DNA of 55,969 nucleotides, filler included, from Dugesia japonica (GCA_001938525.1; 5 parts of 5 records of this genome joined end to end with filler, not necessarily neighbours in it), one strand, 5' to 3'. Positions 27,071 through 41,186 are shown, counted from the whole stretch's first letter. Made by a program: numbers and translations. The notes: generated by a model from the sequence alone, not told the origin.

Positions 27071-27727
27071 ATGAAACTATTTACAGAAATGTGTGAAATT
27101 TTAAGGAAGTTTATTAATTCACTTGTTAAAAATTATAAGAATAAACAATATTTTAATTGTTATACAATAGAAAAATTTTATAGAAAAGATAGATCTGATT
27201 GTAGAGTTAACCAAGACAAATTTAATAAATATAAATATTCAAATTTTAACAATGGGAAAATTGGAAATATTATTTATCAAATTGGTAATTTCAATGAAGA
27301 CATTTGTAGCATTGAACGTTTGAGAATGGAATCAGAAAACACAAGTTTGAATTATTCATCATCTGAAAGTGAAAATTACGATTTAGATGAGAAATTAGAT
27401 TTTATCAATACAAATTTATTTGGAAATTTTAATCCTGTGAAAGATTTCGAAAATAGTCCTGAAAGAAATGATTTGAAAATTTCACAAGAAAATTATAAAT
27501 ATAATTTGTTCGATGAGAATGATAATAATGAATTTAATAATGTTATGTTCAATAAAATGGTGGTATTATCCAAAAATTTATTAGAACAGGACGACTTTGA
27601 TGATATTGAAAATGAAAATACAAATAATTGTCAAAGATTTGATGATTGTGAAATATTAGATATTAATCAAATATCAAATTATAGCAAGAGCGGTAAAATC
27701 ATTTATAAAAAATTCAAAATATTTTAA
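27071..27727 (+). CDS. Intronless 218-aa Asn/acid-rich protein of unknown function
   Basis: 657-nt ATG-initiated open frame in very AT-rich DNA; ATTGG ~20 nt upstream; AATAAA just after the stop; no recognisable domain. Confidence 0.55.
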   Translation: MKLFTEMCEILRKFINSLVKNYKNKQYFNCYTIEKFYRKDRSDCRVNQDKFNKYKYSNFNNGKIGNIIYQIGNFNEDICSIERLRMESENTSLNYSSSESENYDLDEKLDFINTNLFGNFNPVKDFENSPERNDLKISQENYKYNLFDENDNNEFNNVMFNKMVVLSKNLLEQDDFDDIENENTNNCQRFDDCEILDINQISNYSKSGKIIYKKFKIF

Positions 27728-28370
27728 TGAATAAATTATTTGGAAATTGCTGTAATTTGTGGAAAATTCTTTTTTTTATTCAAGGAATAAATATATAGCA
27801 ATTTAATAATAATATAATGCTGAGTGTAGTAATACTATTCTGCGTTGTTATATAATTATTTATAAAATAATGTAAATTTGATTATTTATTTTTCCATTGC
27901 AAAATTTTAAATTAACAATAATTAATTTTTATCAGGTGGGCTTTTGTTAAAATTTCATTTTAATTTGGAAATAATTACAAGTTCATTATTCAATCCTATT
28001 ATGACAACTGGTTACACTCGCTAATCACATATTTAAAATCAATTTCTTAAATGCTTATTGGTTTCTGGTAAGAACCATACTGCAATATGTGTTGCTTATT
28101 CTGCGGATATAGTTTTTTTTTTACAGATTCTAGGTTGGTAACACTAGTTTAGAGGCTTACACCTTTTTGTTAATAATTTTTAATAATTCTGTTTACAAAG
28201 GGTTAATGTGAAACTATTTATTACTGTATTTACTGTTAATTTTTATTCAATAATGTTCAAATAATATATTTAGTTATTTAATTCAAACTACCTTATTCGA
28301 TATAAGAATTTTATTTTAGATAAAGTGTTATATTCATATACAGTGAAACCTTTTAAATTTAAAACGAGTA

Positions 28371-28690
28371 TATACGTGGCAAGTCTAAAAAGTACTTAGA
28401 CTCTACCAGAAATAATGAAGTCAACTCAACAAAATTTTTGTTAACAATAAATATACATTCAAAGGTTTCATTTCTCGAAATTTTTACATTGTCTCCTTTT
28501 ATATTGACGCACTTTTGCCAGCGATCGACCATTTTTTCAAAGCCTCTTTCAAAGAAATTTTGATCCTTCTGCATACAAAATTTCATAATGTTGTCCTTCA
28601 TATTATCCTTTGAAACAAACTTACATCCTCGTATACGTATTTTCAAGTAAAATTTAGTATAGTTAGATGCGTAATCAGATGGCAAATATT
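28371..28690 (-). mobile_element. Mariner 3' fragment with TIR
   Basis: PSDY...KDQNFFERGFEKMVDRWQKCVNIKGD; TIR-like tatacgtggcaagtctaaaaagtact at 28371. Confidence 0.85.
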
Positions 28691-29399
28691 ACTATCGAGT
28701 CAAAATTTCCTTCGGATGAATTTGTGACAATTTGTTTAACATTTCAACTCTTTTTTGATATCATTGGATAGAAAATTAAACACTGTTCGTAGAATTGTCT
28801 AAAGAAATGGTATAAAAAAATGCATGCTTCACGAGAAAATCAAAATAAATTGATTAGTATTATTTACATGACAAAGATGATGAACAAGTGAAGAATCATT
28901 ATGTAAATAGCTTATTTCTTATTTTACATTTTATAATTACTATTTTGAGAATCCGAATAATATTTCCGAATCAAAGAGGACAATGAACAAAAGGACGATC
29001 GGTAATGTGAATTTATTATCACTTATATATTGGGAAAATTACGCTCTCATGAACTCATCAGATGTCAACTTTTAATATGAAAGCCTCGGATATGTTTGTA
29101 TTAAATATAAAACGTTTGATTTATTTAATACTTTATTTTGTAAAGCTTTAATAGGTTTTTTTGTAAAATTTTTGTATTAATATTTTTCTTAAATAATAAT
29201 AAAAAATATTTGTTAGGTAAATCTTCAATTGGTAATTCATTTTGCAAATCACAATTAATATTTTTAGACATTGTTTATTTCACTATTAAAACACATGNTT
29301 AGTAAGATAATTGTACTTGAAATATAACTGATTACATATTAAANTGGAATTTGATCACTTTCAATTGGCTAAAATTNTTACATAATAATTATTTCCTCA

Positions 29400-31860
29400 T
29401 ATCCACCTTTTTAAGAAACTTCTAAGTTTTTACACATTTCTTTCCAATTGCTGTCTATTTTCGCCTTTTACCACATACCGCTTTTCGTCAATTTTCTCAA
29501 TTATTCGATAAGGTTCTTCAAATTATTCTTGACTTTTATTTCTTATTTCTTTCTTGATGACTAAAAAATAGCCCACTTAGAATTCTCTGTTAGTAATCAT
29601 GTCTGAAGTGTTTTCTTTAGTTCTATCTAGATTGTCTGACAAATACCATTTTCTCTGCTAATTTTCTTTCCAAATACGATCTCAGTTGGGCTCTTTTCAG
29701 TTGTCTTCTGTTTTGGTGCGATCATTGTAAATTCTATTTCCGGTAAAAGATCTGCCCGATCTGTTGTCTTTCTTTCCTGAAGTGTTGCATTAATCAAATC
29801 TTGAATTTTCCAAAACTGTCTTTCAATTTGTTCGTTTGCATTATGATGATAGGGACTCGAAAAGCAAAGATTAATATTTAGCTTCAGTGCAAACTTTCTA
29901 TTAACTCTTAATTCAAAAGCTTTTCCATAATCTAATCTTATCTCTCTTGGACATCCAAATCTCAATATCCACTTTTCAAAAAAAGCTTTTCGTATTGTTT
30001 CCTTGTCTTGTATAGGCAATGGTATAAGAACCAGATATTTACTGTACTGGTTCTACACATTTATGGTCTGGATATATCTGTGAATATGACTTCAAACAAA
30101 TTTATAGCTTCTAACCTCTTTGTCTTCTCTTAAGTTGCTATCGTCACTACTGTGGTCTTCTGACAAATTTCACAACTAACAACTATCTTCTGTATTTGGC
30201 TTTACAAGTTCTTGCCAATATATTTGTTTCTCATATACCTTTTGTACACCTTTTCAACTCCTACATGACATAATAATTTATGTATTTCTTCTATTGTCTC
30301 ATGAATTTCGTCATCCGAAATTTTTATTTTCTTGATTATATTTGTTTCCTCAGAAATATTTAATTGCTGTACTTTTTTCTTTTCAATTATGTTCAGTATT
30401 CTCGTTTTAATCTTCCCTTGGCATTTTTATGTAGTATTTGACATTGTACACATAACTCACATCTTGGTCTAGATGATCTATTTGTATTACCATGTTTAGT
30501 TCCTTTTATATATTCCAAAATGATGTCTAGACTACTCAGATGATTAATTCATGTCTGGAATTGTGACGTAATTGGTTTTTTAGTCGTCATCATGAAAGTT
30601 AGAGGTTTATGATCTGTTCTAAGAGTAAATCTTCTACAGTACAAATAGTGTTTGAAGTGTATGCAGAAATAATAAACAGCCAATAATTCCTTTCGTGTGA
30701 TGCAATATCCCTTTTCATGACTCGTAATTGAGTGCGATTCATAGGCAATAACTCTATTTTGTTCTTCCTTATCTCTCTGTGAGAATACTGCTCCAATTGT
30801 ATCAAAAGTGGCATTTGTATCTAATATAAATTATTTTTTTATGTCTGGAAAACACAATATTGGTGTCGCCATTAGAGATTTCTTCAGACCCTCAAAAGTA
30901 TCGTTTATTTTATCTGTCAGTTCTAATTTCTTGTTGCTTGGTCCGCTACACAACTTTTCTAAGATCCTTGATTCTCTTGAGTAATTTTTTATAAGCTTTC
31001 TGTAATAATTATAAATTCCTAAATATTTTTTGCCGCTTCTTTACACCGTTAGGATTATCAAATGTTTTTATTGCTTCTATTTTAGACGGATCAGTTCTTA
31101 CACCATCCCTGTTAATTATGTGTCAAAATAATTTGATTTTGCTCTGAACAAACTGACGTTTCTCTGGATTTATTCTTAGACCAGCCTTTATTATTTCTGT
31201 CAATACTTTTTCAATTACTTCATAGTGTTGGTCTTTATTAATCGTAAATATCAGAATGTCATCAAGATAAACCATGGCTTCATTAATTCCGCCTACCACT
31301 TTTGTCATAATCTCCTGAAATGTCCCTGGTGCCACTGCAATGCCATTTTTTTCATTTTTTCAGCAAACGTCATCAATTATCACTCTAATTCTAAAATTTC
31401 CAACAATTTTCAGTGTACTATTATTTGCACAATGTAATCTTTCATCACTCATTTCTAAATACATTTTTCGTAATTTATTAAAACAACTCAAACTCATAAC
31501 GTTAATTTTAGCCCTTTTATCAAATAGACATTCAACTTTATTTCCTTGAATTGATACCAAAACGCTTGGTCTGCCTTGTAGTTTATAGTGCGAAATATTT
31601 GTTTTCTGTTTTGCTTCAACTGTTCTAACCCATTCTACTGTTCAATCATCCGCAAAATTTTCCTTCTTTAAGAACCTGTATACTTTTTCTGTAACTTTTC
31701 CGATATCATCCTACTTTTCGAACTACTGAGTATAATCACTGACTTCATTTTGAACGTCTTTACATATTCTTCCAACAAATCTTCATCTAACAAACAAGAT
31801 ACTGATCTCTCCGGTTGTTTGACCTGGGTAACGTTTGTAGCTGCAAAATACAATTCACTT
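29400..31860 (-). mobile_element. Internally deleted Ty3/Gypsy retrotransposon (gag-PR-RT-RH-INT relic)
   Basis: VECLFDKRA (protease), MVYLDDILIF (RT), LDTNA (RNase H), WILRFGCPREI and SPYHHNANEQIER (integrase). Protease is joined directly to mid-RT near 31345. Same family as 37181-41186. Confidence 0.92.
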
Positions 31861-32124
31861 CTTCAGAAATTGTGATTGATTTATTCAATTTGAAGTTTAA
31901 TATCAATTTTTTTNNAATTAAATCTTTTTATCCTGATTTTTATTGGATAATATTATTAAAAATTATATTAATATCTTGTTTAAATTTTTTGATTAAAATT
32001 TCTTCGAGTTTTTTTCTATGGAGTGCTGATATATAGTAGGAATCTATTATTTCCATTATATGATATTGTAGTTTATATACTTCACTCTCATTATGTTTGA
32101 TATGCTCTTTGTAATTGCTCTTTG

Positions 32125-32188
<64 letters not shown>
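32125..32188 (+). repeat. (ATT)n microsatellite running into Ns
   Basis: Direct reading. Confidence 0.98.
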
Positions 32189-32606
32189 NNNNNNNNNNNN
32201 NNNNNNNNNNNNNNNNNNNNNNNNNNNNNNNNNNNNNNNNNNNNNNNNNNNNNNNNNNNNNNNNNNNNNNNNNNNNNNNNNNNNNNNNNNNNNNNNNNNN
32301 NNNNNNNNNNNNNNNNNNNNNNNNNNNNNNNNNNNNNNNNNNNNNNNNNNNNNNNNNNNNNNNNNNNNNNNNNNNNNNNNNNNNNNNNNNATTGTAATAC
32401 TAAAACTAACACAAATAATATATTTAGATTAATTAAAAAGTAATTAAAAGAATGTTAGCATGCAGTTCACAAATTAAATTTGTAAAAATGCACATATTTT
32501 TTATTTTTAATATTTTTATTAAATTGAAAGAGAAAATTCTTGAAATATTTTCTTAAACAAATTTTTTATAAATAGAAATTTTTCATTAAATTTTATTTAA
32601 TTAAAA

Positions 32607-32936
32607 ATGTCTTTCAATGAAAATTCAGTAACAATTGTTGACAGTAAAATGTCAAATAAAGATAATGAATACATTATTGAAACTGTAAGAACTATTTTCA
32701 ACAGTAAAACTACAAATAAAGAAAGAGCAAGAGAAATAAAAAATAGTTTAGATATTCAGTTTGGAACATCATGGCAAGTGGTTATTGGATTATCATTTAC
32801 AACGTAAGATGACTTTTAATTTTAATTAAATCAATTAATTTTAATTATCTTTAGAATGATAACTCACGAACTTGATCAATTATGCACTTTAAAAGTAGGA
32901 GAAAAATTCGGTGTTCAAATGTTTAAAACCGGTTGA
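32607..32936 (+). CDS. Divergent dynein light chain LC8-family protein, 92 aa; exons 32607-32803 and 32855-32936
   Basis: 51-nt gtaag...tttag intron. Spliced product ends AREIKNSLDIQFGTSWQVVIGLSFTTMITHELDQLCTLKVGEKFGVQMFKTG*, matching the LC8 pattern (IKxxFD, WHCIVG, VTHE, FKSG). Confidence 0.92.
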
Positions 32937-33879
32937 AAATTTTATTTATTTTCATTGAAATATAATTTATATTTGTTACTTTAGTATGTGTAAAAAAATA
33001 TTTTATTAAAAATTTTATTAAAATAAAAGTAAATATGAATTAGTAAAACATAATTAGTAAAATTTATGAAAAATAAAGCCAAACTGAAAATTAATGAAAA
33101 TCAAAAATACAATCGAACTCTATAATTATTCATTTTTACTAAAAGTTTCAATACCTGCNNNNNNNNNNNNNNNNNNNNNNNNNNNNNNNNNTTGAATTTA
33201 TGAATTTAAAATATATTAAATTATTCGCTTTTAGTAATTTTAGTCATTTTTTGAATTTTGTGCATGAAATAATAAAAAATTATTTATAATAAAAGTTTGT
33301 TGAAATATTTGAGTGTTTATTTAAATAGCTTTATGTACAACTTTTATTAAATATCAATTTTTCGGAAAATTAAATTTAGAAAAATTGTCTTTCTTACTAC
33401 GCGGCCGCAAATAACTTAAAGGTTGTATACTCGTGACCAATACTATTCGTGCCAATCCAATCTTCTATCAAAGGTAATTATGGAAAGATTTAATAAACGT
33501 CAGTTATTATAGTTGTTTGTTTATCCTTATTCATAGCAATTTTCATTTTGTAAATTACTTGCTTCTTTCATTTTCAAAATATATTATTAATATATAATAA
33601 CGTTTTGAGCTCCAAATAATCTCATCATCTTCCTCTTTGAAATGTGCCATATTTATACTCTGAGGCCTATAACACAAACATAATCATATGGCTATGACTT
33701 TTAGTCAATTTTATAAACTTTTTACACAAAATCCTTGTGCACAAAATCCGGAAAGATTTAAGCAATCATCACACATTTTATTAAGTATTAAGGCATTCAG
33801 AAAATAATGGTGGATTTCGAAACCAAACTTAAAAAAAAAATAAAAAACCAAACAGTCATAACTAATTCCATTACAAATG

Positions 33880-34870
33880 TTTTATTAAAAATGATAAAAA
33901 ATTAGAACGCGTACACTTTTGCAAACGTTATAGAAACCTATACATTTCTATTTGAAAGAAATTTGGATTTCTTGGACACTTTAATATGCACGAAATGATT
34001 AAAGTATTTAAATAAATGGAAATATGTTGGCGCCATGTCCAGTGAGTATGGTAACTAAGCAAGAATTTCATATCTTAATTTATGTAGTTTTTATACATCC
34101 ATTTATGAAAGATAAGAACTTGAGTTTTCGAGAAGGACTATTTGGCTCTTTAGATTGACTAAAACCTGCTCTTTTTGCATCAAAGTTTTAAGCATTTTTT
34201 TCAATTATTTACTGGAAAATGTCATGAAGATTGTTTTTTCGTGACGGGTATGATAAAATGGAATAACTCCGGCAATTGATCAACATACAGTAAACAAAAA
34301 GTTCTTTGGATGGCGCTTCTTTTTTGGAGACTCTTTAGAAGACAAATCAACTGACAACCACTGAACAAAATGTTTGCAATTATCATAAATAATCTACTTT
34401 TAATCACATGTAATGATGCAATTCAAGAAGGATTCAATGAAACATCTTCTGAGGAGAGTTGTAAGTATATCTAGTTATCTCTTCATGGAAATTTCTAAAC
34501 AAAATCATGTGGCACCAATTTAATCAGTTTATTGAATTTGCGGATACACTTCAGATTTTCAAAAGCAGTTGATTGCGAAACATAAATCCTTGCTTCGATC
34601 TCTGATCCACTTTTCTTTGGGTATTTCTAGAATATTTGCTAAAAATATCATCATCAACAGCATTAGATCTCTTGATTTTTTCTTTGTCTTTAAGAAATTC
34701 ATTTTCCACTTTGGAACTACTGGAACCATTTCTGCAAAATATTCCGAGTTGCAGTACTATTTCCGCAAACTTTGTTTACATTTTCAGTTGTTTTGGTTTG
34801 CAAGTACAATGATACGAAGAACGATTCTGTCTATTGTAACTAGTTTATCGCTATTACTTTCTAACATTTT
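33880..34870 (-). mobile_element. Heavily decayed mariner (Hsmar1/cecropia-like) transposase
   Basis: Manual translation: TTENVNKVCGNSTATRNILQKWFQ, LVPH, ITCD*K*IIYDN, LPYSLDMAP. Confidence 0.8.
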
Positions 34871-35424
34871 TATATTTAATTATCTGTGAAATATTTACAT
34901 ATACATTAAGTTTACGTTACCTTAATAATTTTCTGTGTTTTATCATATTATTATTCATCTTTAAACATGGAGCTAAAAATGTGTAAAATAAAGTATAATA
35001 AATAGTTAAAGTTATTTTACCTGCACTAGGATTTGAAATCCCTTGATCCCGAGCCTTTGTGTAATTTTTCCATTCTGAAATACCGGAATTTTGGATTACT
35101 ACAAGTTTTTTAATCATTAGTGAGTAAATATACAAATACGCAAGCGAGTAATTAGAAAAAATAAAGTAAGAAGAAAAAGGCAATAATAACGAATAAATTA
35201 AAATACATTGCACCAATAGCACCAACACATTTGATATTATTCTCTTGCCTATATGTGATGGAAGCGCAATATTTTATATGTTATTATTTATAATATTATA
35301 CAGGTAAATAATGATCATATAATATTGTGTATATAAAAATAAAATAATTGTTTTGTATAAATTTGTATTTTAATACGGCAATTCAGTGTATTTTTTCATA
35401 CGAATATAAAAATAGTATATAAAT

Positions 35425-35550
35425 GATAGTATTGTTTGTATTATGACCAATGGAAGAAGTGTGATGAAGAACGTTGGAAAGAATTTACCAATAAATCAAC
35501 AATTATGCTTTGCTCATGCCTTCCAACTGGTTATACTTTCAGTTCTATAG
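35425..35550 (+). mobile_element. hAT transposase catalytic-region fragment
   Basis: IVCIMTNGRSVMKNVGK...QQLCFAHAFQL (TDGASVM and CxxH motifs). Confidence 0.7.
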
Positions 35551-35624
35551 AAATCATTCATTCATTTTGAATTTTCTGAATTTGAAAAGGAAAGCAATGA
35601 CATTGGAAATATAAAATATGAAAA

Positions 35625-35890
35625 TAGTATTTACATACTCTCTTATCCTACTGAATTGTTGTTTAATCTGCCCATACAAATTATGATGATACGCACTCAA
35701 AGATACTAACAAAACAGTCAAACGTTCTGCAAAAGATTTCATAATAACTGATTTAAATACTATTCACAAACATTACAGATAACCCTAGGACAACCAAATT
35801 CTAAAACATACTGTTTCAAAATTGCTTTTCTGATGCTCTCCTTATTCTTACAAGATAACGCTACCAAAACAATATATTTAGTAAATTTAT
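35625..35890 (-). mobile_element. Gypsy integrase fragment
   Basis: KESIRKAILKQYVLEFGCPRVI...SAYHHNLYGQIKQQFSRIRE aligns by eye with the integrases at 29627 and 37212. Confidence 0.8.
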
Positions 35891-36933
35891 TTACAATATC
35901 TAATATATATTTCTTTTGACCTGTCGTCTCCTTCCATTGTTCACAAATATTTACAAATAATACTACTGCCGCCCTGATTCCAATTTTGTGAATGTTGAGA
36001 TCACAGATATCATATCACAAATAACACGGAAACAAACAATCATTACACATAAACAAATAATTAAGACCCACTCAATAACAGATCCTCAATATGCAATGCA
36101 ATGATCATCAATCAATCCACAACATTCAAATCAACAACTCAAAGGTGATATCAACTCAGCATACGATGCAATATCCCATAATCATGCGTTTTTGATTTTT
36201 AGACTTTGTTTTGATTTTTAGACTTTGCAGTGTAATAGTTCATAATTGATTAACATTAATTCACAGACACTTATTTATGTAATTTATGTAATCTCGATTA
36301 TTGAGAATTTTGTGTTGATTGTAATTAATTATTTATATTTAATATCAATTTTATGTAATCTTGATTATTGGAAATTTTTTATTAGCCAGAGTTAATTTAT
36401 CTGAAAAAAATAACGCCAAGTATTTTATATTTTTAATTATGTTTTTATATTTGATTTTTATATTTTTATTTTTAATTATGTTATCTATTTTATGTAAATA
36501 ATTAAGTAATTTTACCTGAATAATAATAGCAAGTATTCGTATATTCTTTATTTTTATGTAAATAATTATGATATTCAAAGAAAGAATGATTATGTATGTG
36601 TGTTGAACAGAATCAGTATATATACTGATCGTTTTTACTTATTTTTCTGTGAAACTTTTCATCTGAACTCTGACCTTTGGGGAAGCAGTTCCAGTTTGAT
36701 TTATATACTATAAATAAATTTTTAAAGGTATTTATTATTTATTTATATAAGAAAGTTACACGAATATTACTATATCTATATTTTGAATAATTATATTTGT
36801 TATATAATAATTGTATTAACATACAGCGGGTAAAATCAACCCAACACACAATCCAAGAGTTATATTTAAAACGCAAGCACCTTTGGGCATCCAATTACAG
36901 AAACCAAGACACAATTTTTGTGGTCCCAAATGC

Positions 36934-37033
36934 NNNNNNNNNNNNNNNNNNNNNNNNNNNNNNNNNNNNNNNNNNNNTTAATTAATTAANNNNNNNNNNN
37001 NNNNNNNNNNNNNNNNNNNNNNNNNNNNNNNNN
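36934..37033. other. Artificial contig spacer
   Basis: 44N-TTAATTAATTAA-44N. Confidence 0.97.
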
Positions 37034-37180
37034 ACACATAATTTTCGTTCCAAAACTTAATTTAATTTATTTTAATTTCTTGATTAATTTGTGACTTTCA
37101 ATTTATCGAAAAAGAGATTTTTTTAAAAATTAATTCCCAATCATAGCATAAAACTTTAACTCGCTTCAAAATCATTTACA

Positions 37181-40100
37181 TTCCCCCTTTTAAGAAATTT
37201 TTTGATTTTTTCTATGTTTCTTTCAAGACGTTTTCCATTTGTATCTTACAGGATGTAACGTCTGTCATGAATCTTCCTTTTGATCTTATAGGATCCTTCA
37301 TAACGATCTTGTTTCTTGTTTCAGCTTTCACTAAGACCTCATCACTGATCTTGAATTGTCTTTTGGTTAATATTTCTTCCCTTTGTTCTTTGTACATTCT
37401 TTGAGTATTGGTTTCATACCATTTTTCTCCGCTTATTCTCTTCCCAAATACGATTTCAGCCGGGAATTTCTTGATAGTTTTCTGTTTTGTAGCATTTAAG
37501 GTAAATTCAATCTCTGGCAATACATCCGCCCAATTTGAAGTTTTCCTTTCTTTAAACGTTGCATTAATCATATACCGTATAGTTCTAAACTGCCTCGTGA
37601 TTTGCCCATTTGTGTTATGATGATATGGATTCAAAATACTGAGGTTAATGGCATGCTCAGCTGCAAAATCTTTCATTGATTTAGACTCAAGTGCTCTAAC
37701 ACAATCAACTCGAATTTCTCTCGAACACCCGAACTTTAAAATCCATATCTTCATTATTGCTTTCCGAATGGTATCTTCATCTTGTCTTGTCATTGCTNTC
37801 AAGGCTACATACTTACTGCATTAGTCTATTATACCGAGAACATATTTTTTTGACCTCTTGTCTCTTGCAGTGATCCACACACATCAATAAATAACAGTTC
37901 AAACATTTCGGCTGGCTGCGTCTTTTTGGTTTCTGCCTTCGGCTTTGTTGTCAACACTTTAGCTTTCTGGCAAGTTATACAGCTTTGCACAACCTCTTGT
38001 ACGTTCCTCCAGAATGTTTCGCCTTATATTTATGCTTCAAATACGCTGCTACCGTTTCTGCTCCAGCATGACATAAAAGATGGTGTATCCTTATAATAAC
38101 CTTATCTATTTTATCATAAGGTATCCATGTTCCTTTATCATTCTCACAAAATTGTCTTGTTTTTTTTGAATGTTTAACATGTATTTAACATTCTTGTTTT
38201 TAATTTCCCACTTTTGAGATCTCCATGTGACATTAGACATTGTGTATATGTACCGCATTCATTCCTTGACAATGAAGCGATCCTTTTCTACATTCCAATT
38301 TTATATCTAAACTGCTCAAATAATTAATCCAGGTTTGAAACTGTGGTGTGATCAGCTTCTTGGTATTTAGCATAAAAGTGATGGCTTTATGGTTTGTTCT
38401 GAGTAATGTTTTAAATATAATATAAGTAATGTTGGAAATGAATGCAACAGTAGTAAATTGCGAGCAATTCTTTCCATGTATTGCAATATCCTTTCTCATG
38501 ACTCGTCATTGCGTGTGACCCATATGTAATTACTCTTTCTTGCCCATTTTTGTCTTTTTGAGAAAGAACTGCCCCAATCGTATCGAAACTCGCATCCGTG
38601 TTCAAAATAAATCTTCTATTTATATCTGGAAAACATAATATTGGAGACATCATTAGTGCTTCTTTCATTCCATTAAAAACGTCTTCTAATTCATTCGCCC
38701 ATTCAATTTTCTTGTTACGTGGCCAACTACACAGACGTTCCAACAATCTGAGTTTTTTCAAATAATCTTTAATAAACTAGCGATAGTAATTGCAAATTCC
38801 TAAAAAGCTTCTCATTTTCTTAACGCAGTTTGGTTCACCAAAGTTCTTAATTGTTTCTATTTTAGTTGAATCTGTTTTCACACCTTTATTACTGATAACG
38901 TGTCCCAAAGATTTGATCTTCTTTAGCATGAATTGAAATTTCTCCGGATTAACTCTAAGACCAGTATTCTTAATTTCTGTTATTGCTTTATTGATTATTT
39001 CATAGTGTTGCTCCTTTGTTTTGGAAAATATGAGAATATCATCTAGATAAACCATCGCTCCTTTTATTTTTAGGATTAGTTTATTCATCATTTCCTGGAA
39101 CGTACATGGTGCTGCTGCAATTCCAAAAGACATTCTCTTGAAACAAAATTGCCCTTGTCTGGTTGAAAAGGCCGTATTCTCTTGAGAATCCTTACTTAGT
39201 TCCACTTGATAGTATGCAGCTCTCAAATCTATTAAGATAAAATACTGCGTATCTTCCAAAGCATCTAGCCTTTAGTCCACATTAGGCATAGGAAATGCTT
39301 GTCTATCTGTTATTGCATTGAGCTGTCTAAAGTCTAAACATAATTGTACATCTTTTTTTCCTTTTTCCAAACACAGAAAAAATGGCGTATTCCATTGCAA
39401 ATTACACTTCCGGATCATAAAATTATCATACAGATTCTAGATGGTCTCTTCAATCTTCTCGTCTAGATTCATTGGTTAGTGATACGGTTTTATGTTAAAT
39501 GGGCCTCTTTTAGTGATTAATCAATGTTTCGTTAAGTGTGTACATCTAATGTCTCGTTTATCCGCCATAAATACATTCTGATTATTCTGAAAAATCGCAG
39601 TCAATCTATGATCTTTGTTCATTTCTAGAATCTCCATTGCATGTCTCAATCGTTCACCTGTCTGTATTTGTCTTCTAAAATTTGCATCGATGTTGCAAAT
39701 GTATTTTTCTCGATGATTATTGATGTCTACCTTGAACGTTTTTTGAAGATGATATCCAAAAGTATTCTGAAATTCTACTCCATCAATTAGATCTGGTAAT
39801 AATTTATCTACTATTATAAATGTTACTTCCTTGCACACCTCTAAAATTACAACTTCGACACGTTTCTTTCTAATTGTCTCCAATGAGCTGTTATTTGCGC
39901 AATGCAATCGTTCCTTACTTTTCTCTAACATTTTTTCTACGAGTCTATTAAATCTTTTCATGTTCATCACATTTATTCTTGCTCATGTATCTAACAAACA
40001 ATCAAATTGTTCAACCTTGATCATCACTGAAATGCAAGGTCTCCCGTGCATTTTATCATACAAAATTTCTACATTATGTTTCTCTTCAATTATTCATATC

Positions 40101-41186
40101 ACTTCTGCTTTGTTAACTTCTGCTTCATTGAAACTTTCTATTTTTAGGAATCTGTAGACTTTTTCTCTTACTTTACTAGTCTCATCCCATTTCTTGACCT
40201 CTTGAGGATATTCAAACGTTAACTCGTTTAATGGATGGCTCCGACCAACTCCTCCACTGATGGAGCCCTGCCTTTTGGGTATCTTTTCTTGGATCTTCAT
40301 TTTCTATTATACTCTCAGAAAATCTCTCTTCATTCTCATCATTAAATTTTTCTAGAATGGCATGAATTGGTTTGGTCCGACCCCAATCTTTTGTTTGTTG
40401 TCCGCATTTAGAATTGTATCTTCTCTCTTCTAGTCTAGGTTTACTAATGTTTGAATAACATTCTTCTGCTTTGTGACCAGGTCTTTTACATCTACCGCAT
40501 ATAATGTCCGTCCACATCCTTCTGTTCCTTTGGACACTCTTTTGTTGTATGCCCATAACTCTAACATGTCCAACACTGTGGTTCTGTTCTTTTTGTAACT
40601 CTCTCAATATTTTGTCTGCTTTCTCCGAAACGTTATCCACGTGTGACACCAGCGTAACTTTTTATTACATTAATAGGTTCTCTTCTTTCTATTTTTTCAA
40701 CTATTGATAACGTTTCTTTTATATCTTCTACTTTCTCCAATTTCCACATTACAATCTCTACTTCTGCTTTTTTACACAGATTATTAGCATTTTCGATAAG
40801 AGTTTTCTTTCGTCAGCTCTCCATTTGCTAAACATTTATCGACAAAATCTTCCACGGTTTTAAAAAACATCTCAAGTTCTTCCTCACCACGTTGATAGCT
40901 AACAAGATTCTGTAAATCTTTTATTATGTTTCTCTTGCTCTCAAAAGCTAATCGCAATCTCTCTTGATATCCATCCGCTTTTTTTAATGTCTTCACATAT
41001 GCTTGCATTAAATCTTCATGATGCATACATGTTACCCAACGTTCCTGATCTTTCTTAACAGCGATGTTCTTTGCCTCAAAGTATATTTCACACCGTTTAA
41101 TAAACTTTTCTAGATCATCGCCTCTCCAAAATATTTTTAGCAACAATCTTTCTGTGATTGCATCGGTGTTTACCGCTGCCACCATG
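37181..41186 (-). mobile_element. Ty3/Gypsy retrotransposon internal region (gag, PR, RT, RNase H, INT), frameshifted
   Basis: CGRCKRPGHKAEEC knuckle; CLLDT*A protease; LCLDFRQLN and YLDD (RT); TDAS...IGAVL (RNase H); HHLLCHAG and integrase core; PPT aaaagggggaa then TGT at 37191-37178. Confidence 0.97.
41172..41184 (-). promoter_or_regulatory. Primer-binding site, tRNA-Leu type
   Basis: TGGTGGCAGCGGT directly after ...AACA; complementary to the eukaryotic tRNA-Leu 3' end ACCGCTGCCA-CCA. Confidence 0.85.

Noticed and set aside
32056-32432. Poly-N, poly-Y and poly-I ORFs
   Set aside because: Translations of an (ATT)n microsatellite and Ns
35021-35099. Exon-like minus-strand segment (ttgtag...IQNSGISEWKNYTKARDQGISNPSA...gtaaaa)
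   Set aside because: Plausible splice sites but no recognisable protein or convincing partner exons among TE debris
29400-41186. Tandem pair of Gypsy elements
   Set aside because: They lie on different contigs separated by the 36934-37033 spacer
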